From: Dehalococcoidales bacterium
GTDB taxonomy: Bacteria > Chloroflexota > Dehalococcoidia > Dehalococcoidales > UBA5760
DNA: 64,000 bases
NCBI GenBank assembly: GCA_028716225.1
Contig: JAQUQE010000001.1
Location: forward strand, 93,407-157,406
Reading direction: 5' to 3'
Positions 8,845-19,300 of the stretch are shown here, in pieces (position 1 is the stretch's first letter; each line of letters opens with the position of its first letter). The translations under genes and the position numbers were made by a program. The notes beneath the pieces are model-generated. The model was not told the DNA's origin. It saw only the letters and a program-made list of their open reading frames with translations, and made no database searches.

Positions 8845-10752
8845 TTAGACTTCGCGGAATTCCCCTTCTACAGTACCTTCATCTTCACCTTTACCCTGCG
8901 GTGCCTCACTGTCGGGCGGGGGCGACTGAGCACCCGTCGGTGGCGGTGGTTGCTGTTGATAGACGGCCGACCCTATCTTCTGCATTACGCTATTTAGTTC
9001 CTGTGTCGCCTGACGTATAGCCTCGATATCGGTTCCCTGCAGCGCTGAGCGGACAGCGGCTATTTTGCCTTCTCCCTCTTGATTCAGATCGGAAGGTATC
9101 TTATCCTTATGCTCCCGCAACGTTTTTTCGGCAGTATAGGCCAGCGTGTCAGCGCTGTTGCGCGCCTCTATCTCTTCCCGCCGCCGGGTGTCTTCAGCGG
9201 CATGTGTTTCTGCATCCCTCTGCATCCGCTCCACGTCTCCCTTAGAAAGCCCGCTGGAGGCGGTAATAGTAATCTTCTGCTCCCGACCGGTGCCCTTATC
9301 ATGAGCTTTGACATTGAGGATGCCATTAGCATCGATATCAAAGGTAACCTCAATCTGGGGTATGCCCCTTGGCGCCGGGAGAATACCATCAAGAATAAAA
9401 CGCCCCAGGGTTCTATTGTCGCTCGCCATCGGCCGTTCTCCCTGGAGCACATGAATCTCAACCGTAGACTGGTTGTCAGCCGCCGTAGAGAAAACCTGGC
9501 TCTTTGAAGTCGGGATGGTAGTATTACGCGGGATGAGCGGAGTAGCTACAGAACCTAGAGTCTCAATACCAAGGGTAAGCGGAGTGACATCAAGCAGCAA
9601 CACATCTTTGACCTCACCCTTAAGGACTCCGGCCTGAATAGCGGCACCGATAGCTACTACCTCATCAGGATTAACCCCTTTATGTGGTTCCTTACCAAAA
9701 AACTGCTTCACCTTATCATTGACCAGAGGCATTCTGGTCTGCCCGCCGACCATCACAACTTCATCAATCTGGGATACGGTCTTTTCGGCATCCTGAAGGG
9801 CCTGACGACAGGGTCCCATAGTCTTATCTACCAGATCCATGACCAGTTGCTCCAGTTTAGCCCTGGTGAGATTAATGCTAAGATGCTTGGGACCACTGGC
9901 ATCGGCGGTGATGAAGGGAAGGTTTACCTCAGTCTGCTGGAGAGTAGATAGCTCACACTTAGCCTTTTCAGCAGCCTCCTTCAACCGCTGAAGAGCCATT
10001 TTATCCTGCTTGAGATCTACCCCCTGATCGCGCTTGAATTCATTACACAACCAGTCGATAATCCTCTGGTCGAAGTCGTCACCACCGAGGTGGGTATCAC
10101 CATTAGTCGACTTGACATGGAAAGTACCTTCACCCAATTCCAGGATGGATATATCAAAGGTACCGCCTCCAAGGTCGTAAACGGCGATGGTCTCATCTTC
10201 CTTCTTATCCATTCCATAGGCCAGAGCAGCCGCAGTTGGCTCATTAATTATCCTGAGCACATCCAGTCCGGCTATCTTACCGGCATCCTTGGTTGCCTGA
10301 CGCTGGCTGTCGTTGAAATAGGCTGGTACCGTGATTACTGCTTCCGTAACCTTTTCGCCAAGATAGGCTTCCGCATCAACCTTGAGTTTTTGCAGAATCA
10401 TCGCCGAAATTTCTGCCGGACTATAATCTTTATCACCCATCTTGACATTAGCATCACCGTTGGCTGCTTTAGTTATCTTATACGGCAACAGCTTCTTATC
10501 ATACTCTACGCTGGGTTCATCGAACCGGCGTCCCATCAATCGCTTGATACTGAAGATCGTGTTTTCCGAATTAGTGATAGCCTGTCGCCTGGCTACCTGT
10601 CCTACCAGTCGTTCACCGGACTTACTTACTGCCACTACTGAAGGAGTGGTACGTCCCCCCTCGGAATTAGGGATGACCTTCGGTTCTCCTCCTTCCATTA
10701 CCGCAACGCAAGAAAAAGTTGTACCTAAGTCAATTCCGATAACCTTTCCCAT
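8845..10752 (-). CDS. dnaK: molecular chaperone DnaK (Hsp70)
   Basis: [17 protein letters not shown] and [10 protein letters not shown] Hsp70 signatures; 635 aa. Confidence 0.98.
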   Translation of the reverse strand: MGKVIGIDLGTTFSCVAVMEGGEPKVIPNSEGGRTTPSVVAVSKSGERLVGQVARRQAITNSENTIFSIKRLMGRRFDEPSVEYDKKLLPYKITKAANGDANVKMGDKDYSPAEISAMILQKLKVDAEAYLGEKVTEAVITVPAYFNDSQRQATKDAGKIAGLDVLRIINEPTAAALAYGMDKKEDETIAVYDLGGGTFDISILELGEGTFHVKSTNGDTHLGGDDFDQRIIDWLCNEFKRDQGVDLKQDKMALQRLKEAAEKAKCELSTLQQTEVNLPFITADASGPKHLSINLTRAKLEQLVMDLVDKTMGPCRQALQDAEKTVSQIDEVVMVGGQTRMPLVNDKVKQFFGKEPHKGVNPDEVVAIGAAIQAGVLKGEVKDVLLLDVTPLTLGIETLGSVATPLIPRNTTIPTSKSQVFSTAADNQSTVEIHVLQGERPMASDNRTLGRFILDGILPAPRGIPQIEVTFDIDANGILNVKAHDKGTGREQKITITASSGLSKGDVERMQRDAETHAAEDTRRREEIEARNSADTLAYTAEKTLREHKDKIPSDLNQEGEGKIAAVRSALQGTDIEAIRQATQELNSVMQKIGSAVYQQQPPPPTGAQSPPPDSEAPQGKGEDEGTVEGEFREV

Positions 10753-10757
10753 AGTAC

Positions 10758-11300
10758 TTATTCCTCCTTTTCTTCTCCACCGCCCACAACTACCTTGGAT
10801 GGGCGAATGAGTCTACCGTTTAGCTTATAGCCTTTTTCTATCTCTTCAACCACTATTCCCTCCTTCCCCTTACCCTGCATTACTGCTTCGTGAAGGTTGG
10901 GGTCGAATAATTCGCCGAGCGCCTTGATCTGGCAAAGCCCCTGTGCTTTTAGATTTGATTGGAGTTTACGTTCGATCAGCATAATTCCATCTACCCAGCT
11001 ATGTTTTACCAGATCATCGGGGGCAGAGGCAATAGCACGCTCAAAATCGTCCAGAATAGGCAAGAGACTGAGTATAATAGCAGTATTACCAAATCTACCA
11101 ATCTCCTCCTTTTCCTGCTCAACACGACGTTTATAGTTGGTCAGATCTGCCTGAGCCCTCTGCCAGCCAGCCAGATTAGCTGACGATTTATCTCTTTCTT
11201 CAGCCAGGGCCTGCTTTAATAACTCTATATCCTCTACTTCAGCAAACTCCGTTGTCATTTCACTGTTCAGGTCTGCTGATTCTTGCTGATCCATTATCAA
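10758..11300 (-). CDS. grpE: nucleotide exchange factor GrpE
   Basis: 180 aa with a coiled-coil N-terminus and a GrpE-type C-terminus (FDPNLHEAV). It lies between hrcA and dnaK. Confidence 0.9.
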   Translation of the reverse strand: MIMDQQESADLNSEMTTEFAEVEDIELLKQALAEERDKSSANLAGWQRAQADLTNYKRRVEQEKEEIGRFGNTAIILSLLPILDDFERAIASAPDDLVKHSWVDGIMLIERKLQSNLKAQGLCQIKALGELFDPNLHEAVMQGKGKEGIVVEEIEKGYKLNGRLIRPSKVVVGGGEEKEE

Positions 11301-11311
11301 TTACCTCTCTG

Positions 11312-12352
11312 TTAATTATCATCGGAGTGGAGGGACTCCTCTCCGTATAACTCGTTGGCCAGGCTGCTCAATACCGAAGAAAGATAGCTTATGGTAGAAA
11401 TAGCACGGGCGTATGGCATCCGGGTGGGCCCGATAATACCGATGGCACCCGTCGCTTCATTTGGTAAACCATACCGGCTGATTACTACACTGTAGTCCTG
11501 AATCTCAGCCGCCTTATTTTCCCTGCCGATAATTACCCGTATTCCCTGGTTAGCCAATCCCTCCGGGATAATACTTTTGAGGATGCTTCTCTGGTCAATG
11601 AGTTCCATCAAGGACTGCAGCCGCTGGCTGTCGGCGAATTCCGGCTGGTTGATCATCAGATGCAGGCCGTCAAGGTATGGCTCTTCATAGTCTTGCTGGC
11701 ACTCAGTTTGCATGATCTTCACCAGGCATCCGGTCAGTTGCTTTTCAACAGGGGAAAGCTCTATCTCTTTAGCCTGAATCTGTGCGCAGGTCAGGCCAGA
11801 ATACTCAGTATTCATTTTCCTGGCAATAGTACTAAGCTCGGACTGAGACATAGCCTGATCGAAAGTTACCAGCTGTTGCTTTATTTTAGCGCCGCGCAAG
11901 ACCAGGACAACTAGTGCCAGCAACTCCTGGAGAGCAACTATCTCCAGATACTGGAATCGGCAGTTAACCGGCCTGGGGCGTGTGACAATAGCCATATTCT
12001 GCACCAGTTGAGCGATAAGTTTAGCGGTTAGCTTCAGCCACTCCTCCAGTTCCCCTTCCACCTGGTGGAAGAGATGACTTATCATTCGCTGTTCGGTTAA
12101 AGGAAGCTCAATATCACCCAGTGATTCCACATAGTAGCGGTAGCCCTTGTCGGAAGGAATGCTTCCTGCCGAATGGTGTTGACGCTTGATGTAGCCTTCC
12201 TGTTCCAGATTTGCCATTTCATTACGAATGGTAGCCGGACTCACCTTCAACTCGTGATCGCTGACAATACTTTGTGAAGCCACCGGTATTGCCCTCATGA
12301 TATACTGACCTACTATAGACTTGAGAATCGTCTCTGTTCTTATTGATAACAT
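11312..12352 (-). CDS. hrcA: heat-inducible transcription repressor HrcA
   Basis: 346 aa with an N-terminal winged-helix region (SPATIRNEMANLEQEGYI). It is the first gene of hrcA-grpE-dnaK-dnaJ, with a CIRCE operator immediately upstream. Confidence 0.9.
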   Translation of the reverse strand: MLSIRTETILKSIVGQYIMRAIPVASQSIVSDHELKVSPATIRNEMANLEQEGYIKRQHHSAGSIPSDKGYRYYVESLGDIELPLTEQRMISHLFHQVEGELEEWLKLTAKLIAQLVQNMAIVTRPRPVNCRFQYLEIVALQELLALVVLVLRGAKIKQQLVTFDQAMSQSELSTIARKMNTEYSGLTCAQIQAKEIELSPVEKQLTGCLVKIMQTECQQDYEEPYLDGLHLMINQPEFADSQRLQSLMELIDQRSILKSIIPEGLANQGIRVIIGRENKAAEIQDYSVVISRYGLPNEATGAIGIIGPTRMPYARAISTISYLSSVLSSLANELYGEESLHSDDN

Positions 12353-12371
12353 TGGTATTCTTCCACTTCGA

Positions 12372-12398
12372 TTAGCAGTCTAGACTCGAGATTGCTAA
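12372..12398 (-). promoter_or_regulatory. CIRCE operator (HrcA binding site)
   Basis: TTAGCAGTC-N9-GATTGCTAA, compared with the consensus TTAGCACTC-N9-GAGTGCTAA. It lies just downstream of the hrcA -10 box. Confidence 0.8.
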
Positions 12399-12407
12399 TT
12401 ACTGCTA

Positions 12408-12437
12408 AATTTACCATTTTCAGCACTTCTTTGTCAA
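12408..12437 (-). promoter_or_regulatory. hrcA operon promoter
   Basis: Reverse strand TTGACA (12437..12432), 18 nt, TAAATT (12413..12408). Confidence 0.55.
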
Positions 12438-12511
12438 GGGAAAATCGTAGCAAAATACAGGATAGCCGTTTCCTTAAATGCCGGAATAATGCCCCGGCTT
12501 ATAGTGCATAG

Positions 12512-12541
12512 TTGACAGGCAATGAGCAAGATAAGTATAAT
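12512..12541 (+). promoter_or_regulatory. rpmH promoter
   Basis: TTGACA (12512..12517), 18 nt, TATAAT (12536..12541). Both hexamers match the consensus. Confidence 0.65.
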
Positions 12542-12567
12542 TACTTCAACTTACTGTAGGAGTCGAA

Positions 12568-12708
12568 GTGCCAAAAAGGACTTATCAGCCAAAGAAAATC
12601 CCGAGGAAGCGTGAGCATGGTTTTCTGGCGAGAATGAGCACGCGGGGGGGGCGAGCTGTTTTAAAAACAAGACGCCTTAAGGGTCGTAAGAGATTGACTG
12701 TAGTATGA
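12568..12708 (+). CDS. rpmH: 50S ribosomal protein L34
   Basis: Below the ORF-track length cutoff. GTG start with TAGGAG upstream. Translation [46 protein letters not shown] is unmistakably L34. Confidence 0.95.
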   Translation: MPKRTYQPKKIPRKREHGFLARMSTRGGRAVLKTRRLKGRKRLTVV

Positions 12709-12898
12709 TACTACATGTATCGCCTCTCAAGATGCCTTTAGTTCCTCTTCTTGTAACACATCCTCATTATTGCTCTTAACTTAAAAAATATTGCCTTTGG
12801 GGTAATAGCGCTATCCGGGAAACCTGAGCTTACAATAACTTCCCTAAAAGCGCAGATTAAAGAATGGTTTTTAGAGGACAGGGGTTCGGCATTATCTT

Positions 12899-13330
12899 GT
12901 GAATAGCCTCTTTCCTGGCAAATTGAGGAGCGGGGATATGAGGGGTGAAGGATGGCTTAGAAAGTCAGCGCAGTTTGCTGCGGTTTACGGGGAGGGGAGG
13001 TCTTGGGCGAACAAGCTATTGGTGCTAAAGGTTATACCTAACGGACTTACTTTATCACGTTATGGCTTTTCGATCAGTCGAAGGGTAGGTAAAGCAGTAA
13101 CCAGGAACCGGGTAAAACGCCTGCTACGTGAAATATCACGCGCAGAGTCAATTGAAACAGGGTGGGATGTTGTTATCATCGTTCGGTCAGCAAATGTCGC
13201 CATCGATTATAATAGCCTCAGCAAAGCAACAAGAGGTTTACTATTGAGAGCCGGTCTACTAAGGACGGCTAAAGAGAAAATTACGTCAACAAGATATGTT
13301 GCCGGGGATGAAGATAAAGAAGCAGGCTAG
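12899..13330 (+). CDS. rnpA: ribonuclease P protein component
   Basis: LRKSAQFAAVY and the RNR motif region GKAVTRNRVKRLLRE. Located downstream of rpmH. The start is uncertain: GTG 12899 or ATG 12938. Confidence 0.85.
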   Translation: MNSLFPGKLRSGDMRGEGWLRKSAQFAAVYGEGRSWANKLLVLKVIPNGLTLSRYGFSISRRVGKAVTRNRVKRLLREISRAESIETGWDVVIIVRSANVAIDYNSLSKATRGLLLRAGLLRTAKEKITSTRYVAGDEDKEAG

Positions 13331-13357
13331 TACGTAGCCACCCTGATCTAGAGGAGC

Positions 13358-13573
13358 ATGAAGAAGTTAGCTTTAGCGTTGATCAGATTTTACCAGGAAT
13401 ACATCTCGCCGGCCCGGGCCCCGTCCTGCCGCTATTACCCGACCTGCTCTCAATATACCTACGAAGCTATTGAGAGGTTCGGGGTTTTCAAAGGGATCTG
13501 GCTGGGAGCAAAGAGAATAGCCCGATGTCATCCTCTATACCCGGGTGGTTATGATCCAGTGCCCAATAAATGA
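13358..13573 (+). CDS. yidD: membrane protein insertion efficiency factor YidD
   Basis: 71 aa. FYQEYISP...[19 protein letters not shown]...RCHP...GGYDPVP is the YidD signature. Confidence 0.95.
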   Translation: MKKLALALIRFYQEYISPARAPSCRYYPTCSQYTYEAIERFGVFKGIWLGAKRIARCHPLYPGGYDPVPNK

Positions 13574-13599
13574 TATTTTCGTGGGGTGTGAGTAGATAA

Positions 13600-14727
13600 G
13601 TGCAGATTAAAGATAAGGTACTACCGGGCAAGCTATTACTCCTGCTCGCAGTGATACTGGTTCTCGGTGGCCTACTACTTTCCGGCTGCACTGTAAAGTC
13701 AAAGCCGATAGGCTGGTCAGGGGTGACAGTAACAGATGACGCTCTTTTTGTCGCTTCTCTCGAAGGAGAACTGGTCGGCCTGAATAAATCGGATGGTAAC
13801 CGCTTATGGCCAGATTGCTCTCTGGAGACATCGAAAGGGACAACGGCTTTCTACGGTATCCCGGCAGCGGAAGGGGATCTGGTCTATATCGGCGGCTATG
13901 ACGGCAGGGTCTACACCGTCAGTTCTACCACGGGATATCGGGGGTGGGTATATCCTCCTGATGAGAATCTTGAGCCTATAATCGGCGGCCTGCTTTTATC
14001 CGGGGGGAAGGTCTATTTTGGCTGTAATGACGGTAAGGTCTATGCCATCAATACAGCTGAACTCCGTAAGGAGTGGGAATTCTCGACCGGAGATAAGATC
14101 TGGTCAATCCCGGTGATCAGCGGGGAGACAATATACATCAGCTCTTTTGACAAAAAGGTCTACGCTCTGAATGCTGCCGACGGCACTGAAAAGTGGCACT
14201 TTGAAGCTGATGGTGCCATTGCCTCGACGCCCCTTGTCTATAACAATACGGTATATTTCGGCTCCTTTGACAGGCATATTTATGCCGTTGATGCTGCTGA
14301 CGGCAGCCTGAGATGGCGTTCTGAAATTGAAGCCGGCAAATGGTTCTGGGCACAACCGGCGGCCTATGATAATGTCATCTATGCACCGAATCTTGACGGT
14401 AAGGTCTATGTACTAAATGCCGAAAACGGCTACGAATTAGCTGCCCCCATCGAGTTGGACAGCCCGATAACCTCATCGCCGGTAGTGGTTGGCGATAAGA
14501 TTATTATTGCTTCTCAGGAGGGCAGGGTGTTTTCCCTGGATGCCGGCAGCAATCGGGTCCCCACCTCAATATTTCAGGTAAAGAACGACGATGAAGGGAT
14601 ATTCGCTCCCCTGGTTGCCAGTGAGGGAGTCATCTATATTCATGCTCAGACCTCGAAGAATGATACTCTTTATGCGGTTGATGTCGAGACGGGGAGAGAG
14701 ATATGGGTACCCGTCTCTCTAAGTTAG
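13600..14727 (+). CDS. PQQ-like (BamB-like) beta-propeller repeat lipoprotein
   Basis: GTG start. Signal peptide plus lipobox (LLLSGC). Repeated G-K/R-V-Y-A-hydrophobic-N/D-x-x-D/N-G-x-x-x-W units follow (GKVYAINTAELRKEW, KKVYALNAADGTEKW, RHIYAVDAADGSLRW, GKVYVLNAENG). Confidence 0.8.
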   Translation: MQIKDKVLPGKLLLLLAVILVLGGLLLSGCTVKSKPIGWSGVTVTDDALFVASLEGELVGLNKSDGNRLWPDCSLETSKGTTAFYGIPAAEGDLVYIGGYDGRVYTVSSTTGYRGWVYPPDENLEPIIGGLLLSGGKVYFGCNDGKVYAINTAELRKEWEFSTGDKIWSIPVISGETIYISSFDKKVYALNAADGTEKWHFEADGAIASTPLVYNNTVYFGSFDRHIYAVDAADGSLRWRSEIEAGKWFWAQPAAYDNVIYAPNLDGKVYVLNAENGYELAAPIELDSPITSSPVVVGDKIIIASQEGRVFSLDAGSNRVPTSIFQVKNDDEGIFAPLVASEGVIYIHAQTSKNDTLYAVDVETGREIWVPVSLS

Positions 14728-14749
14728 GTAAGTGAGGTAGCTTTAGTTA

Positions 14750-15718
14750 ATGGAATGGTGGTATGCAGGTCCAGTAGCATTGATGCTAAACTCGCTGGTC
14801 GCGTTGTCCAGCTACCTGTTTGGCAGCCTGGGACTGACTATCATTATTTTGACCATTATTATTCGCTTCGCTATGTATCCCCTTACCGTAAAGCAACTTC
14901 GTTCTACTAAGGCAATGCAGGATCTTCAGCCTAAGATCGCCGAGCTGCAGAAAAAGTATGCCAGGGATAAGCAGCGGTTGGCTGAAGAACAGATGAAGCT
15001 ATATCGGGAGTCGGGTATAAGCCCGGCTGGCTGCGGGATACCCATGCTAATCCAGATGCCTATCTGGATAGCCCTCTACCAGTCGATTATCCGGCTTTTA
15101 GCCGTAACTCCCGAGGACCTACTAACCCTATCCAAATCCCTTTGGTCATGGCCAGTAGTCTATACGATGGTTCCTTTAGACAACAGCTTTCTCTGGTTCA
15201 GTCTGCAAAATCCCGACACACCTCTGGCCGTTCTGGTTGGCGTTACCATGTGGCTCCAACAAAAGATGGTAACACCTGACACCACCGACCCGCAGCAACG
15301 CTCGCAGAGTCAGTTGATGCTGTGGATGATGCCGCTGATGTTTGGTTTTCTGGCAATGAGCTTCCCCAGCGGTCTGGCTCTCTACTGGGTGGCATCTAAT
15401 GTCATTACAATCATAATGCAATATTTTATTACCGGCGGATGGGGAGGTCTGTCCCGCTCTAAAGACGGTAAGACAACGATCAAAACCAGTGTCGGCAAGG
15501 GTGGTGGTGATCTTAAGAAACGTATCGCCCAGGCGGAGCAGTCAGCCAGTATTACGGCTATGGAGGCTGACATTGTGATACCAGCCAGTACTCCCGAAGA
15601 GAAAACAGGTGACGAATCATCTCCGGATAAGCTCCGTGGCATAAGCTACCCGGGAGGCGCGAAAACGATCCGGCATCAGTCGAAACGAAGCAAAGGCCAT
15701 CGTTCCAGGGGGAGGTAA
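14750..15718 (+). CDS. yidC: membrane protein insertase YidC (short monoderm type with basic C-terminal tail)
   Basis: Polytopic protein with a conserved YidC/Oxa1 core (YPLTVKQLRSTKAMQDLQPKIAELQKKY, GLALYWVASN) and the basic tail KRSKGHRSRGR. Confidence 0.9.
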   Translation: MEWWYAGPVALMLNSLVALSSYLFGSLGLTIIILTIIIRFAMYPLTVKQLRSTKAMQDLQPKIAELQKKYARDKQRLAEEQMKLYRESGISPAGCGIPMLIQMPIWIALYQSIIRLLAVTPEDLLTLSKSLWSWPVVYTMVPLDNSFLWFSLQNPDTPLAVLVGVTMWLQQKMVTPDTTDPQQRSQSQLMLWMMPLMFGFLAMSFPSGLALYWVASNVITIIMQYFITGGWGGLSRSKDGKTTIKTSVGKGGGDLKKRIAQAEQSASITAMEADIVIPASTPEEKTGDESSPDKLRGISYPGGAKTIRHQSKRSKGHRSRGR

Positions 15719-15768
15719 AACGGGCTTAGTGTGCAGGGAAAGCAAACTAGATTAGGGGGGAGTCATCA

Positions 15769-16263
15769 GTGTCTATCAGCGGAGAAGAGACCAATATTAC
15801 TGAAGTAGCCAGAAGTGTCCTGGAAGCACTGATAGAAAAGATTGGCTTGGATGCTTCAGTGGTACTGCAGTCTAATGAAGATGTTGGTGAAGAAGATTCC
15901 CCCGCTCCGGTTGTCTTTGATATTGAAGGCGATGACCTGGGGATTTTAATCGGGCGGCGGGGACAAACCCTGGCCTGCCTGCAATTTATCCTCAGGCTTA
16001 TCGTAGGCCATCAAACGAAAACCTGGCTGCCCATCGTTATTGACGTCGAGGGTTACAAGCAAGGCCGCTTTGAAAAGTTGCAGGCTTTGGCATGTCGTTT
16101 GGCCCAGCAGGTCAAGGACAGGAGAAAGCCATTTACCCTGGAGCCGATGCCAGCATATGAGCGACGTGTTATCCATCTAGCCCTGGCTGACCACCCTGAT
16201 GTTACCACTGAAAGCATCGGCCTGGGTGAGGCTCGTAAGGTCGTTATTCGCCCGAAGCTGTAA
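15769..16263 (+). CDS. jag: Jag/KhpB-like RNA-binding protein (KH + R3H)
   Basis: KH-type GRRGQTL and an R3H region (ERRVIHLALADHPDVTTESIG). Conserved position after yidC. Confidence 0.85.
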   Translation: MSISGEETNITEVARSVLEALIEKIGLDASVVLQSNEDVGEEDSPAPVVFDIEGDDLGILIGRRGQTLACLQFILRLIVGHQTKTWLPIVIDVEGYKQGRFEKLQALACRLAQQVKDRRKPFTLEPMPAYERRVIHLALADHPDVTTESIGLGEARKVVIRPKL

Positions 16264-16337
16264 AAGTTCTTCCGGGATTATACTGTTAGTGTGGTAGTTA
16301 TCCGGTCGGACAGGTCAGTAGTTACCGCATCGTCTCA

Positions 16338-16364
16338 GTTCCGTCCGGGAGGACGGGATTTTTA
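16338..16364 (+). terminator. intrinsic terminator between jag and ileS
   Basis: CCGTCC-GGGA-GGACGG stem-loop (16341..16356), extendable by wobble pairs, followed by a T-run (GATTTTTAT). Confidence 0.7.
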
Positions 16365-16397
16365 TATCGAACACTATTTTGCTAGAAAGGTCTGTTT

Positions 16398-19300
16398 ATG
16401 TTCCGCGCCGTAGCCAGCCGGGTTTCTTTCCCGGAGATGGAGAAATCTATATTAACCTGGTGGCAACAAAACTGCATCTTTAAGCGAAGCGTTGATAACC
16501 GGAAAGGGGAAAGTCGCTTCGTCTTCTATGAAGGCCCGCCCACCGCCAACGGCAGTCCCGGGATACACCACGTGCTGGCCCGTGTTTTTAAGGACATTAT
16601 CCCTCGCTACAAGACAATGAAAGGCTATTATGCCCCCCGTATCGCCGGGTGGGATACCCACGGACTGCCGGTAGAGCTGGAAGTGGAAAGGAAGCTGAGT
16701 TTCTCCAACAAAGCCCAGATTGAGGAATACGGCATCGACCGTTTTAATTCCCTCTGCCGTAAGAGTGTTCTGGGATATCTCAAGGAATGGAACACGATGA
16801 CCGAGCGTATCGGTTTTTGGGTTGATCTAGAGCACCCCTATATCACCATGGACAATAACTATATTGAGACTGTCTGGTGGGCGATCAAGCAGATGTGGGA
16901 CAAGGGACTAGTATATCAGGGCCATCGGGTTACCCCGCACTGCCCGCGCTGTGGTACGTCCTTAAGCTCTCACGAAGTTGCCCAGGGCTATCAGGATGAT
17001 ACTGAGGACCCGTCGGTTTACATAAAGTTTGAAATTGCAAAGTCGCTATATAAAAAGCCGGGATTCCTCGAGGAACTACGCGATGGTTATGGCAACAGGG
17101 CAGCAGATTTTGCCAGGTGGCTTATTGACCTGGTGGGAAGCAAACCGGTTTACTTGCTAGCCTGGACAACCACACCGTGGACACTACCGGGTAATACGGC
17201 TCTGGCAGTGTCCGCCGACGCTGAATATTCCATTGTAGAACTTGATAATGAATACCTTATTCTATCTTCTGCCCGGATGGGGCAGGTCGGGTTAGATAAT
17301 ATGTCCGCTATTGCCAAGGTGAAGGGTATCGATTTGGTCGATTTGAGGTACGAGCCTCTATTTAACCCGCATGATTATGGAATAACTGTCCAGACAATGA
17401 CACAACTGGATAAGAAGGGAAGGCCTTCGGCAGACATCATATGGAAGCGGGGAGGGACTCTAAACTACCCGGTGATTACTACCGGGTTCGTTACCATGGA
17501 GGACGGTACCGGCATCGTTCACATTGCTCCCGCCTATGGTGAGACCGACTACCAGGCAGGGCTGGATAATGTCCTTGATTTCGTCCACCCGGTTAACCTG
17601 GAGGGTAAGATTACCGGTAGTTACCCATTCTCAGACAGGTTTGTCAAGGAGGCTGATCCTCTTATTCTGGATGACCTCAAGACAAAGGGGCTGCTATTCC
17701 GCAGCGAGACAATTCACCATACCTATCCCTTCTGCTGGCGTTGTGAAACACCTCTGCTCTATTATGCCAAGCAGACCTGGTATATCCGGACCACTGCGGT
17801 AAAAGAGGAGCTTATTAAGGGGAACCAGGAGATAAACTGGTACCCCGAGCATATCAAGTACGGTCGTTTCGGTGACTGGCTTAAGAACAATATTGACTGG
17901 GCTTTTTCCCGTGAGCGCTACTGGGGTACGCCGCTGCCGGTGTGGCGCTGCGAGTCCTGTGGCAACTGTGAGTGTATCGGTGGCATCAACGAGCTGAAGA
18001 ATAAACCCGGTGCGAGTGGATTTAAGGAACCCCTGGACATGCACCGTCCCTTTGTTGATGAAATAACATTCCGCTGCTGCCAGTGTGGAGCACAGATGAA
18101 GCGGGAACTCGAAGTAATTGATTGCTGGTTTGATTCCGGCGCAATGCCTATTGCTCAATGGCACTACCCGTTTGAAAACGGAAGTCTAATAAAGGACGGC
18201 CGCTTCCCGGCCGATTACATCTGTGAAGCAGTCGATCAGACACGGGGCTGGTTTTACAGTCTGCATGCTATCTCTACACTATTGTTTGGTCAGCCCAGTT
18301 TCAGGAATGTCATTTGTCTGGGACATATCCTGGACGATAAGGGTGAAAAGATGAGTAAGGCGAAAGGAAATGTGGTCGAACCCATGGCGATGATAGATAG
18401 ATATGGTGCCGATGCGCTACGCTGGTACTGCCTTACGGCTTCACCACCGGGCAACGTGCGCCGCTTCTCAGAAAAGCTGGTCTCCGAGATAAGCCGCCGC
18501 TTCCTGCTCACACTGTGGAATGTATATTCTTTCTTTGTAACCTACGCCAATATCGACCATTTCACTCCCGGAACGGGAGGAATGTCGGAACCATCGGGAA
18601 TCGATAAGTGGGTTATCTCCGAGCTTAATCAACTAATCATTGATGTTGATCAGGCACTGGAAGCTTACAACCCTACCGAGGCAGGTCGTAAGATAGAAGA
18701 CTTTGTGGACGTTCTCTCTAACTGGTATGTACGCCGCAGCCGCCGGCGGTTCTGGAAGAGTGAGGATGATGCCGATAAGCTCGCGGCATACCAAACCCTT
18801 TATCAGTGTTTGGCTACACTCTCCAAGCTGCTGGCCCCGTTTACACCCTTCCTGGCCGAGGAACTGTACCGGAACCTGGTCGGCACGGTATTTCCCCAGG
18901 CTCCCTCAAGCGTCCATCTGGCCGACTTTCCTTTGTCTGATGTGACCTTGATCGATAACCAGTTGTCCAGCGATACCCGCCTGGCGATGAAGATATCAAG
19001 CCTGGGGCGGGCAGCCCGCAGCAAAGCGGGTATAAAGGTCCGCCAGCCGCTGGCAATCAATTACGTTGGCTTGGCTTCAACATCAGAGCGTCAGGAACTG
19101 GAGAGAGTTAAGCCCGAGGTACTGGAAGAGCTTAACATAAAAGAACTCCAGGTTATTGATAATATGACCGCTCTGGGGAAAAAAGGCTACGTTATCAGTG
19201 CGGAGGGTGACTATTCGATTGCTGTCCCCACTGAAATTTCAGCGGAACTTCTTGCCGAGGGGATGGCACGTGAGATAGTACACCGACTACAGACGATGCG

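Noticed and set aside
16290-16340. Possible T-box elements in the ileS leader (GUGUGGUAG, AUC, AGUAGUUACCGCA)
   Set aside because: The leader is too short for a canonical Stem I. The AUC is followed by C rather than a purine. The T-box-like stretch lacks the UGGN bulge, and I could not draw an antiterminator. I kept it only as an open question in the findings.
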